A DNA stretch of 24,589 nucleotides from Abditibacteriaceae bacterium (GTDB lineage Bacteria; Armatimonadota; Abditibacteriia; Abditibacteriales; Abditibacteriaceae), in contig JANPJS010000187.1 of NCBI GenBank assembly GCA_031425655.1, positions 1 to 24,589 of the forward strand. The letters run 5' to 3'. This document shows, one piece after another, positions 15,151-23,686 of this stretch (its first letter is position 1; each line of letters begins with the position of its first letter). The notes beneath the pieces were generated by a model, which did not search any database, was not told where the DNA came from, and saw nothing but the letters and a program-made list of their open reading frames with translations. A program made the position numbers and the translations under genes.

Positions 15151-17214
15151 ATGCAAACTGCGACTCACTGTCCGTATTGCGCGATGCAATGCGGTATGAA
15201 TTTGGAAAACGGCTCCGGCCCGCTGCGTGTTGTGCCGCGCGACTTTCCGACCAACAAAGGCGGGCTTTGCCGCAAAGGTTGGACTTCGGTGGACTTGCTG
15301 GAGCATCCCGAACGGCTGACCACGCCACTGCTGCGCGAAAGCAAAAACGCATCGCTGCGCCCGGCGACGTGGAACGAAGCATTAGATCGCATTACGCGCG
15401 AAATTGGGGCGGCGCAGGCGAAATACGGACACGATGCCATCGGCGTTTTCGGCGGCGGCGGACTCACCAACGAAAAACTTTATTTGCTCGGCAAATTCGC
15501 GCGACTGGCGCTTCGCACCTCGCAGATTGATTACAATGGCCGCTTTTGCATGAGCAGCGCCGGAGCGGCCAACATCAAGGCGTTTGGTATAGATCGCGGC
15601 TTGCCGTTTCCGCTCGAAGACATCGCGCAGGCCGAAGTGGTTCTGATGGTTGGCAGCAACAGCGCCGAAACCATGCCGCCGATTATGCAGTGGTTCGCGG
15701 CGCAAAAGGAAAATGGCGGCCAGCTCATTGTGGTTGACCCGCGCCACACGCCAACCGCCGAAAGCGCCGCACTGCACCTGCAAATCACGCCCGGAACCGA
15801 CTTGGCGTTAGCCAATGGATTATTGCACGTCGCCATCCACGAAGGCCTTATTGACGCCGATTTCATCGCCCGGCGCACCAATGGTTTCGAAGAAGTGCAG
15901 CGCACCGTGGCGGCTTATTGGCCGGATCGGGTGGAGCATATCACGGGCGTGCCGGTCAAGAAAATTGTCGAGGCGGCGCGGCTTTTGGGGCGCGCAAAAT
16001 CGGCGATGATTATCACGGCGCGCGGTGCCGAGCAGCACTCGAACGGCGTCGAAACGGTGCTGGGTTTTACCAATCTGGCGCTGGCATTGGGCAAAATGGG
16101 CAAGCCGTTTTGCGGCTATGGCTGCCTGACCGGACAAGGCAACGGACAAGGCGGGCGCGAACACGGCCAAAAGGCCGACCAACTGCCCGGCTACCGCAAA
16201 ATTGACAACCCGGAGCATCGCGCCCATATCGCCAAAGTTTGGGGCATCAATCCCGAAGATTTGCCGCAAAAGGGCCGCTCTGCTTACGAATTGCTCGATT
16301 GTCTGGGACAGGAAGGCGGCGTGCGGGCGCTGATGGTTCACGCCTCCAACGTCGCGGTTTCAGCTCCGAACGCGGGACACATTCAAAAGCGGCTGGATTC
16401 GCTGGATTTTCTGATGGTCGCCGATATTTTTCTCTCGGAAACCGCCGAACGCGCCGACGTGGTTTTGCCGGTCACGCAATGGGCCGAAGAAGAAGGCACC
16501 ATGACGAATCTCGAAGGCCGCGTGCTTTTGCGCCGTCAGGCCAAAAAGCCGCCCGAAGGCGTGTGGAGCGACGCGCAAATCGTGACCGAACTGGCTAAAC
16601 GCTTAGGTTTCGGCGACTTTTTCACCGCTGAGCCGAACGCGATTTTCAATGAACTGCGCCGCGCCACTGCCGGCGGCCCCGCCGATTATTCGGGCATCAG
16701 CTACGCGCGCATCGTGGCCGAAAACGGCGTTTTCTGGCCTTGTCCTTCCGACGATCATCCCGGCACGCGGCGGATGTTTCTCGATAAATTCGCCACCGAC
16801 GATGGCCGCGCAAAGTTTCACGCCGTGCGCCACTCGCCCGCCGCCGAAGAGCCGGACGACGATTATCCGCTTTATTTCACAACCGGGCGCGTGATGGGAC
16901 AGTATCAATCGGGCACGCAAACGCGGCGCGTCGGCGCGTTGCGCGAATCGGCGCCCAATGCTTTTGTGGAAATGCACCCACTTTTGGCGAAGCATTTCGG
17001 CGTTCAAGACGGCGAATTGGTGCGTGTCGCCACACGGCGAGGCGAAGCGGAAGTCGCGGCGAAAATCACATCGCACATTCGCCGCGACACCATTTTCATG
17101 CCGTTTCACTGGGCCGGAAAACAATGCGCCAATCTGCTCACGAATCCGGCGCTTGATCCAATTTCAAAGATGCCGGCATTCAAAGTCTGCGCCGCACGCA
17201 TCGAAAGAATCTGA
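15151..17214 (+). CDS. nasA: Assimilatory nitrate reductase catalytic subunit (Mo-bisPGD, N-terminal [4Fe-4S])
   Basis: THCPYCAMQCG...GGLCRKG, FGGGGLTNEK.YLLGKFAR, IDYNGRFCMSSA, LTGQGNGQGGREHGQKADQLPGYR, TTGRV..QYQSGTQTRR and LDPISKMPAFKVCA. No C-terminal BFD domain. Confidence 0.93.
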   Translation: MQTATHCPYCAMQCGMNLENGSGPLRVVPRDFPTNKGGLCRKGWTSVDLLEHPERLTTPLLRESKNASLRPATWNEALDRITREIGAAQAKYGHDAIGVFGGGGLTNEKLYLLGKFARLALRTSQIDYNGRFCMSSAGAANIKAFGIDRGLPFPLEDIAQAEVVLMVGSNSAETMPPIMQWFAAQKENGGQLIVVDPRHTPTAESAALHLQITPGTDLALANGLLHVAIHEGLIDADFIARRTNGFEEVQRTVAAYWPDRVEHITGVPVKKIVEAARLLGRAKSAMIITARGAEQHSNGVETVLGFTNLALALGKMGKPFCGYGCLTGQGNGQGGREHGQKADQLPGYRKIDNPEHRAHIAKVWGINPEDLPQKGRSAYELLDCLGQEGGVRALMVHASNVAVSAPNAGHIQKRLDSLDFLMVADIFLSETAERADVVLPVTQWAEEEGTMTNLEGRVLLRRQAKKPPEGVWSDAQIVTELAKRLGFGDFFTAEPNAIFNELRRATAGGPADYSGISYARIVAENGVFWPCPSDDHPGTRRMFLDKFATDDGRAKFHAVRHSPAAEEPDDDYPLYFTTGRVMGQYQSGTQTRRVGALRESAPNAFVEMHPLLAKHFGVQDGELVRVATRRGEAEVAAKITSHIRRDTIFMPFHWAGKQCANLLTNPALDPISKMPAFKVCAARIERI

Positions 17215-17215
17215 C

Positions 17216-17341
17216 TTTCAATGGAACACGGCGGCTTCGCCGACACGGAAACGGCAGGGGTTTTCGCTGATCAATCCAAAAGAAAATCCGTGTTAATCCG
17301 TGTCGTTTCCGTGTCGGCGAAGCCGCCGTGTTCTATTGAAA
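17216..17341. repeat. Long palindromic intergenic element, ACACGG family, copy 3
   Basis: 38-bp arms TTTCAATGGAACACGGCGGCTTCGCCGACACGGAAACG (17216-17253) and 17304-17341 are complementary at 37 of 38 positions; the one mismatch is a G-U pair in RNA. Begins 1 nt after the nasA stop. Confidence 0.9.
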
Positions 17342-17367
17342 CTCACGCAGCTAAGAAAGTTTGAGCT

Positions 17368-18816
17368 ATGGAAAAGCAAGAATTAGTCGTCATCGGCAAC
17401 GGCATGGCCGGGGCGCGCACCGTCGAAGAAATTCTCGCGCGCGGCGGCGATAAGCAGTTCGACATCACAATTTTCGGCGATGAACCGCACGGTAATTACA
17501 ACCGCATCATGCTTTCGGCGGTGCTGAACGGCTCGCGCGAAGCCAATGATATTTTTCTGCATCCGCGAGAATGGTATGCAAAACACAATCTGACTTTGCA
17601 CGCCGGAGTGCGCGCCGAAACCATTGATCGCGTTGGGCAAACCGTGACCGCTAACAACGGTTTAACGGTGCCTTACGACCAGCTTTTAATCGCAACCGGC
17701 AGCCGTCCATTCGTGCCAACGCTGGATGGATTGAAGAAAGCGGACGGAGCGCATAAACCCGGCATTTTCGTTTTTCGCACGTTGGACGATTGCCGGCGCA
17801 TCGAGTCTTACGCCAACAAATGCAACCGCGTGGCCGTGCTTGGCGGCGGATTGCTGGGTCTTGAAGCCGCGCGCGGCCTGCTCAACTTTGGCTGCGAAGT
17901 TCACGTTATTCAGCGCGGCGAGCGCTTGATGAATCAGCAACTCGACACGCAGGCCGCGCACATTTTGGAAAGCGCGATGCGAAAACTCGGCATCAAAACG
18001 CATTGCAACAAGCGCACAACGGCGATTTTAGGCGAAGAAATAGTCACAGGTTTGGCTTTCGCCGACGGCAGCGTGCTGGATTGCGACATGGTTGTCATTT
18101 CCTGCGGAATTCAGCCGAACGTCGAACTCGCGCAGAAATGCGGCATGACCGTCGAACGCGCGATTTTGGTGGACGACCAAATGCACTCGATTGACGACAA
18201 AAACATCTTTGTCGTCGGCGAATGCGCGCAGCATCGCGGCGTGACTTATGGCCTCGTGGCACCGCTCTGGGAACAAAGCCAGGTGCTGGCCGATGTCATT
18301 ACGGGCGCCAACCCGAACGCGATGTATTGCGGCTCAAAAACCTCGACCAAACTCAAAGTTTTAGGTGTTGAACTGGCCGCGTGGGGCGTGCCGGACGCGA
18401 TTGAAGAGCAGGACGAAACCGTCTGCTACGCCGAACCAAAACGCGGCATTTATAAAAAGCTCGTCATCCGCGACGACCGGCTTATCGGCGGAATTTTACT
18501 CGGCGACATCAGCAAAGCTTGCGAACTAATGCCGGCTTTCGACCGTGGCACATTGCTGCCCGAAAACCGCGCGTCGCTGCTTTTCGAGAGCGGAACGCCC
18601 AACCGCCGTTTCACGATGCTGGAAATGCCCGACGAAGCGCCGGTTTGCCAGTGCAACGGCGTCACAAAGGGCACAATTCGCAAATGCGTGCTGGGCGGCG
18701 CCAAATCCATCGGCGCCATTATGAGCGCCACGCGCGCCTGCACCGGCTGTGGCTCGTGCAAAAGTCTGGTGCGCGAAATCGCCGAATGGGCCAATGAAGG
18801 CCAGTTGGACGATTGA
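17368..18816 (+). CDS. NasB/NirB-N-terminal-like FAD-dependent NAD(P)H oxidoreductase with one BFD-like [2Fe-2S] domain; probable electron-transfer subunit of the nitrate reductase
   Basis: VIGNGMAG, NYNRIMLS.VL, IATGSRPFVP, FRTLDDC, GGGLLGLEAARGL, GECAQHRG.TYGLVAPLWEQ and VCQCNGVTKG...CTGCGSC. Lacks the siroheme domain. Confidence 0.85.
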   Translation: MEKQELVVIGNGMAGARTVEEILARGGDKQFDITIFGDEPHGNYNRIMLSAVLNGSREANDIFLHPREWYAKHNLTLHAGVRAETIDRVGQTVTANNGLTVPYDQLLIATGSRPFVPTLDGLKKADGAHKPGIFVFRTLDDCRRIESYANKCNRVAVLGGGLLGLEAARGLLNFGCEVHVIQRGERLMNQQLDTQAAHILESAMRKLGIKTHCNKRTTAILGEEIVTGLAFADGSVLDCDMVVISCGIQPNVELAQKCGMTVERAILVDDQMHSIDDKNIFVVGECAQHRGVTYGLVAPLWEQSQVLADVITGANPNAMYCGSKTSTKLKVLGVELAAWGVPDAIEEQDETVCYAEPKRGIYKKLVIRDDRLIGGILLGDISKACELMPAFDRGTLLPENRASLLFESGTPNRRFTMLEMPDEAPVCQCNGVTKGTIRKCVLGGAKSIGAIMSATRACTGCGSCKSLVREIAEWANEGQLDD

Positions 18817-18835
18817 AGACGCTAAACTGCGCGTC

Positions 18836-19231
18836 ATGAAAATCCGATGGACACGAAACAGCGTGCGCTTTCGCATCACGCCTTCCGAGTTGCTGTGGTT
18901 GATGGGCGGAGATGAAATAGTCGAACACCTAACTTTGCCCGGCGGCTCATGGCAGGTGGAAATCGTGGTTCTGGAATCAAGCCACAGCTTTGTGATGCAG
19001 GACACGAATCAGGGCAATGTTCTGCAGCTTGTGTTGACCGAGAATGAACTCGCAGAGCTTGCCGCACCGGAAAACGAGGGCGTTTATTTCAGCACCGACA
19101 GCGAGCCGCCGATTCGCTATTTCATCGAAAAGGATTTTCCGTGCGCTCATCCACGCGCGGCGGAAGCCGACGAACCGGCGACGGAAACTTTCATCGCACC
19201 GCCCGATTTCGAGCAGCGTAAGCAAAGTTAA
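18836..19231 (+). CDS. Conserved hypothetical protein (resembles DUF7009-type small proteins)
   Basis: 131-aa ORF, MKIRWTRNSVRFRITPSEL...IRYFIEKDFPCAHPR, starting 19 nt after the previous stop and followed by a terminator. The family assignment is from recollection of the MK.R...S.R.R and EKDF.C motifs. Confidence 0.65.
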   Translation: MKIRWTRNSVRFRITPSELLWLMGGDEIVEHLTLPGGSWQVEIVVLESSHSFVMQDTNQGNVLQLVLTENELAELAAPENEGVYFSTDSEPPIRYFIEKDFPCAHPRAAEADEPATETFIAPPDFEQRKQS

Positions 19232-19279
19232 GCCTCGGCTCAATGTTGAACGGAGCCATGAATTTTCAATCAGCACACG

Positions 19280-19316
19280 AAAAGGCCGTCGCGCTTTAAC
19301 CTGCGACGGCCTTTTT
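19280..19316 (+). terminator. Rho-independent terminator of the nasA block
   Basis: AAAAGGCCGTCGC, 10-nt loop, GCGACGGCCTTTTT. Confidence 0.8.
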
Positions 19317-19416
19317 GCTGCTTAATTCGGTGTTGAGTTTGCACCTGTTTCGAGGCTCTGGCCGTTGCTTTTTATCCAGGGCAAACGCCTGAGGATTTTT
19401 CGGAGGCTTGCCTGAG

Positions 19417-19584
19417 TGCCCGGCGAATAAATTCGCGGCAACCCTGCCCAGAGGGCGCCCGCCCTGCCCAAAGGGCACCCGAAGTCCGCCTGCGCGGACT
19501 ATTTTCTGAGTTATTTGTCGCCGCAGGGCGACTTTGCCGCGGGCGCCCTCTGGGCAGGGTTGCCGCGAATTTATTCGCCGGGCA
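19417..19584. repeat. Composite REP-like palindrome with perfect 46-bp terminal inverted repeats
   Basis: TGCCCGGCGAATAAATTCGCGGCAACCCTGCCCAGAGGGCGCCCGC (19417-19462) and its exact reverse complement (19539-19584). Inner hairpins AGTCCGCCTGCGCGGACT and GTCGCCGCAGGGCGAC. Contains three copies of a 20-mer. Confidence 0.9.
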
Positions 19585-19684
19585 GTTCTTATGCGATTGC
19601 CCTGGCTTTTTATCACCCATTGGATATTGAACCGGGCAATTAGCGTATAATTCAGCAGTTGTCGTAAATTGCGGCACTTTTGTC

Positions 19685-22600
19685 ATGGACGAGCAAAGCC
19701 AACAATTACAAAGCGCACTGGCGCGCGTCAGCCAACTCGAACGCGCGTTGGAACGCCGCGAGCGCCAAATTGGCGTGCTGCGTCGTGTTGACGAGGCCTT
19801 GTTCGGATGGCCCGACAGCGATGTGCTGTTGGCACAGGTGCTGGAAGTCGCGGTCGAAATGCTGCCCGCGCGCGTCGGTTCCTTGCAGATTTACGACGCG
19901 GAACCAGACGAATTAGTCGTTATCTGCGTGGCCGGCTCCGGCTCCCAATCGCTCACAGGCCGTCGAATGCCGGCCTCGCAGGGCATCGCCGGGCAGGTAT
20001 TACGCACCGGCGCCTTAGATATTTCCCTTCATGCCGGAGAACACGGCGGCGCGAATTTTTTAGCGGGCGAAGCCGGCGACACTCTAATTACGGCTCCGCT
20101 GAAGCGCGCCACTGGACAATGCTTAGGCGTGCTGCAACTGCTGAACGCGGGGCCAATCAATGCGGCGAAATTCGATCCGGGCGACCTCGAATTTTTTCGG
20201 GTGCTGGGCGCGGCGGCAGCGGCGGCGATTGAGATGGCGCGCCTGACCAAGCGAGCGCGGCAGTCGGAAGTCGTGAATATCATCGGCGATATTTCGCACG
20301 ACATCAAGAATATGTTGACGCCGATTCAGTCCGGCTTGTGGACGCTGGAGCCGATGCTCGAAGAATTGTTCGCCGAACTGGAAGTTCTGCGCGAGCAATC
20401 GCACGGGCGCGTTGCCGAACAGGAAATCCAGCGCATCACCTCGCCGGTGCGCGAACTTTATAGCTGGATTTTTCAGGGTGCGCTCGGCGCGTGCGATCAA
20501 GTGACGGCACGCACGCGCGAGATCGCCGACGCCATTAAAGGCGAGGTCGCGGCGCCTTTTGTCGAAGAAAGCGATCTCAACGAAGTGATTGGCGAAGTAG
20601 TGCGCCCGCTTTTGATGGTCGCCGACCGCGCCAATGTGCAAATCCACCTCGAACTTGACGAATTTTTGCCGCGCGCCGAGTTCGACCGCAAGCAAATGTA
20701 TAACGCGGTCTATAATCTGGTGAACAATGCCATTCCCGAAACCCCGGCGGGCGGCAGCATCACCATCCGCACGCAGCGCTTAAAAGCCGGCGGCGACTCT
20801 GAGCAACTTCTCCTCGAAGTGCAGGACACCGGGCGAGGCATTCCAGAAAACGTGCGCGCGAAACTCTTCACCGCCGACGCGATTTCAACCAAAGCCGGTG
20901 GAACCGGGTTAGGCACGCGCATCGTAGCCGGCGTGGTGCGGCGGCACAACGGCACGATTGCCGTGCAAAGCCAGCCGGGCCGGGGATCAACTTTTACGAT
21001 TCACCTGCCGCTGCGCTATCGGTCTCAAATCGTCGAAAGTCTGGCGGAATCCGGCCCGCTGCCGGCGCGACGCCACAACTTGCCCGCGTCGGCCACTTCC
21101 TTCGTCGGACGAGAGCGCGAACGCAATCTGGGCCGCGCGGCGCTGAGCCGCACTGCCACGCGACTGCTCAGTTTGGTTGGGCCGGCGGGAGCGGGAAAAA
21201 CCCGCCTCGCGGTGCAAATTGCCGGCGAAATGTTGGACGATTTCCCAGAGGGCGTCTGGTTCGTATCGCTGGCGCCGCTGGAAGCTACCGAAGGGCCGGG
21301 CCGCGTTGCCGCGGCGATTTCCTCGACTTTAGGCGTGCGCGACGAGCCGGGCCAGTCGCCCGCCGACACGCTGCTCGACTGGCTGCGACCGCGCCAATTG
21401 CTGCTGGTGCTGGACAATTTCGAGCAACTTTTGGTCGCCGCGCCACTTGTCAGCGATTTGTTAGCGGCGTGCGGCGGTTTAAAAGTTCTGGTAACGAGTC
21501 GTTCTCCGTTGCACTTGCGCGGCGAGCGCGAATTGACGGTTTCTCCCCTCGAAGTGCCCGTTTTGGCGTCCATTGCGGCCCGTCCCACGCCACACCAATT
21601 GGAAGAACTCAAGCACTGCGCCGTCATCGCCTTGTTCGTGGAGAGAGCGGCAGAAGTCAGGCCGGAGTTCGTGTTAACGCCGGAAAACGCGCGCGATGTC
21701 GCCGAAATTTGCGCGCGTCTGGACGGCTTGCCTTTAGCCATCGAATTGGCGGCGGCGCACATGAAAACTCTTTCGTCCGCCGCGTTGCGGGCGCGCTTGG
21801 AAAACCATTTGCCGCTGCCGGAACAAGGGCCGCAGGACGCGCCTTTGCGCCATCAAACCCTGCGTGCGGCTCTCGATTGGAGCTACAACCTGCTGACCGA
21901 TGCCGAGCAGCAATTGCTGCGGCGCCTGATGGTTTTTGAAGGCGGTTGCTCGCCGCAATCGGCTCAGGCCATCGCGGGCGAAGCGGGCGCGGAAACGCCG
22001 ACGCGGTTATCGCAACTGGCCGATAAAAGCCTGCTCCACTGCGAAGAGCGACCCGACGGAGGAACATGGTTTTTCCCCTTGCAAACCGTCCGCGAATATG
22101 GATTGGACAAGCTAAAACAAAACGGCGAGCTTGACGCACTGCGGCAACGGCACGCGCATCATTACCTGGCACTGGCCGAAACCGCCCTCGCGCAGAATTC
22201 CGCCGATTCCGCTACGCCTGCACCGCCGTTGGGTTATCCGGCGCCCGATGCTTCGCCCGCCGTCTGGCGCGACTGGCGCGAACGCGAACGCGATAATATC
22301 CACGCCGCCATGCGCTGGTTTCTCGAAAACAGCGGACAAAACGCAGATGATCCGGCGCTGCAACACGGCGCCCTGCGACTGGCGCTGCGGCTCAAAGACA
22401 TATGGCGCGGCGGAATGTGGAGCCAAAGACGCGAGGCTCTGGAAGCCGGCCTCCAAGCCGAACCGGACGCGCCCGACCATATGCGCATGATCGCCATGCT
22501 GTTTTTAGGCGACTTAGCCGGTCTGCAAGCCGATTACGAGCGCGCTGCCGAATGGGGGCAAAAAAGCCTCAATCTGAGCCGGGTGTGCAATAGCGGTTGG

Positions 22601-23473
22601 GGCACCGGACGCGCGCTTGGCATTTTAGCCAAAGTCGCGCTGGAAGCAGGCGATTTGGAGCGGGCGCGATCTCTTTATGAGCAAAGCCTTGCTTTGCAGC
22701 GCGAACTCGACAACGTAGGGTCGGTGTCGTGGGCGCTTTACTTTTTGGGCACAGTGGCAACGCGCGCGGGCGATGCCGTCTTAGCGCGCGACTGGTTTGA
22801 GCAAAGTTTGGCGGCCTTTCAGCAAACCAGCGATGCGGAAGGCACGGCTTTCGCGCTTTATGAGCTGGGCATGAATCTTTACGACCGCGCCGACCCTGAA
22901 CCGGCGCGTCGTATGCTGGACGATAGCCTCAGCACCTTCCGCGAACAGGGACACAAGGCCGGTGTCGCCTTTGTGCTGGCGTATTTAGGCCAAGTCGCAG
23001 CAGACGAAGGCAATTTCGCCCTTGCCCGCGAGCAATTTCAGGAATGTTTAGGCATTCTGCGCCAATTGGGGCAGCGAACCCAACTCTGCGAGGCGCTTCA
23101 AGCCTTAGGAGAAATAGCGCTCAAAGAAGGCAATTTGGCCGAGGCGCGGATGTTGTGGCGCGAAGCGGCGACACTGGGCCGCTCTCTGAAGAAACTCTCG
23201 TTTCAGCGCACACTCTTGCACAGCTTCGCGCGACTGGCAGCAGCGCAAGGTCAATGGGAACGCGCCGCACGTTTGCTGGGCGCAGCTCAGACTCCGTCGC
23301 AAATTGCTGACGAAAACCGGGCCGCAGAGCAAAAAAATGATCTCAAGGCCGCCCATGACCTGGCCATTTTAGAAGTGCGCGGCGTGCTGGGCGAAACGGT
23401 TTTCGCCGCCGCGCGTGAGCAGGGCCGCCTCATGTCGCACGAAGACGCCCTCAATGAGGCGCTTCAAATCTGA
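19685..23473 (+). CDS. GAF - histidine kinase (HisKA + HATPase) - STAND/NB-ARC-like ATPase - TPR fusion protein
   Basis: GAF (GIAGQVLRTG, LITAPLK, LGVLQLLN), H-box DISHDIKNMLTPI, N-box NLVNNAI, G1 VQDTGRGI and G2 GGTGLG. Then HNLPASATSFVGRERE, Walker A GPAGAGKT, Walker B LLLVLDNFE, TSR, LDGLPLAIELAAA, RHQTLRAALDWSY, and multiple TPR helices. Confidence 0.9.
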   Translation: MDEQSQQLQSALARVSQLERALERRERQIGVLRRVDEALFGWPDSDVLLAQVLEVAVEMLPARVGSLQIYDAEPDELVVICVAGSGSQSLTGRRMPASQGIAGQVLRTGALDISLHAGEHGGANFLAGEAGDTLITAPLKRATGQCLGVLQLLNAGPINAAKFDPGDLEFFRVLGAAAAAAIEMARLTKRARQSEVVNIIGDISHDIKNMLTPIQSGLWTLEPMLEELFAELEVLREQSHGRVAEQEIQRITSPVRELYSWIFQGALGACDQVTARTREIADAIKGEVAAPFVEESDLNEVIGEVVRPLLMVADRANVQIHLELDEFLPRAEFDRKQMYNAVYNLVNNAIPETPAGGSITIRTQRLKAGGDSEQLLLEVQDTGRGIPENVRAKLFTADAISTKAGGTGLGTRIVAGVVRRHNGTIAVQSQPGRGSTFTIHLPLRYRSQIVESLAESGPLPARRHNLPASATSFVGRERERNLGRAALSRTATRLLSLVGPAGAGKTRLAVQIAGEMLDDFPEGVWFVSLAPLEATEGPGRVAAAISSTLGVRDEPGQSPADTLLDWLRPRQLLLVLDNFEQLLVAAPLVSDLLAACGGLKVLVTSRSPLHLRGERELTVSPLEVPVLASIAARPTPHQLEELKHCAVIALFVERAAEVRPEFVLTPENARDVAEICARLDGLPLAIELAAAHMKTLSSAALRARLENHLPLPEQGPQDAPLRHQTLRAALDWSYNLLTDAEQQLLRRLMVFEGGCSPQSAQAIAGEAGAETPTRLSQLADKSLLHCEERPDGGTWFFPLQTVREYGLDKLKQNGELDALRQRHAHHYLALAETALAQNSADSATPAPPLGYPAPDASPAVWRDWRERERDNIHAAMRWFLENSGQNADDPALQHGALRLALRLKDIWRGGMWSQRREALEAGLQAEPDAPDHMRMIAMLFLGDLAGLQADYERAAEWGQKSLNLSRVCNSGWGTGRALGILAKVALEAGDLERARSLYEQSLALQRELDNVGSVSWALYFLGTVATRAGDAVLARDWFEQSLAAFQQTSDAEGTAFALYELGMNLYDRADPEPARRMLDDSLSTFREQGHKAGVAFVLAYLGQVAADEGNFALAREQFQECLGILRQLGQRTQLCEALQALGEIALKEGNLAEARMLWREAATLGRSLKKLSFQRTLLHSFARLAAAQGQWERAARLLGAAQTPSQIADENRAAEQKNDLKAAHDLAILEVRGVLGETVFAAAREQGRLMSHEDALNEALQI

Positions 23474-23476
23474 AAA

Positions 23477-23643
23477 ACTGTCTGAGAAGTGCTTATGGCT
23501 CCCTTCCCCTTTGCCGTATCAAGGGGAAGGGCTGGCGGGTGCCCTCTGGGCAGGGGATTCGGAAAAACGGCAGCCCCCCACCCTAACCCTCCCTCCTGCC
23601 CAAAGGGCACCCGACGGCAAGGGGAGGGGACTTTTCAGACAGT
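23477..23643. mobile_element. MITE-like element: 14-bp terminal inverted repeats enclosing CCCCT/AGGGG REP-type hairpins
   Basis: ACTGTCTGAGAAGT (23477-23490) and ACTTTTCAGACAGT (23630-23643) are complementary at 13 of 14 positions. Internal CCCTTCCCCTTTGCCGTATCAAGGGGAAGGG and CCCCACCCTAACCCTCCC...GGGGAGGGG. Starts 3 nt after the stop of the HK-STAND gene. Confidence 0.6.
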
Positions 23644-23686
23644 ATCTAAAGGCTTTCCCGGAAGGGGAAATTACGAAAGGATTACC

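Noticed and set aside
7186..17341. Possible CRISPR array or riboswitch in the ACACGG repeats
   Set aside because: There is no regular repeat-spacer periodicity and no cas gene. The copies are dispersed, follow stop codons and occur in both orientations, which argues against a strand-specific riboswitch.
17368..18816. Truncated nirB pseudogene
   Set aside because: The ORF is intact, ends cleanly after a BFD domain, is clearly divergent from nirB, and is not followed by any siroheme-domain remnant.
19627..19651. Canonical sigma-70 promoter TTGAAC...TATAAT before the HK-STAND gene
   Set aside because: The -10 (19646-19651) is perfect, but the spacer to TTGAAC is only 13 nt, so a full promoter call is not supported.
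23489..23686. N-terminal extension of the lyase ORF
   Set aside because: It mostly translates the MITE/REP element. The signal peptide and RBS point to GTG 23687.
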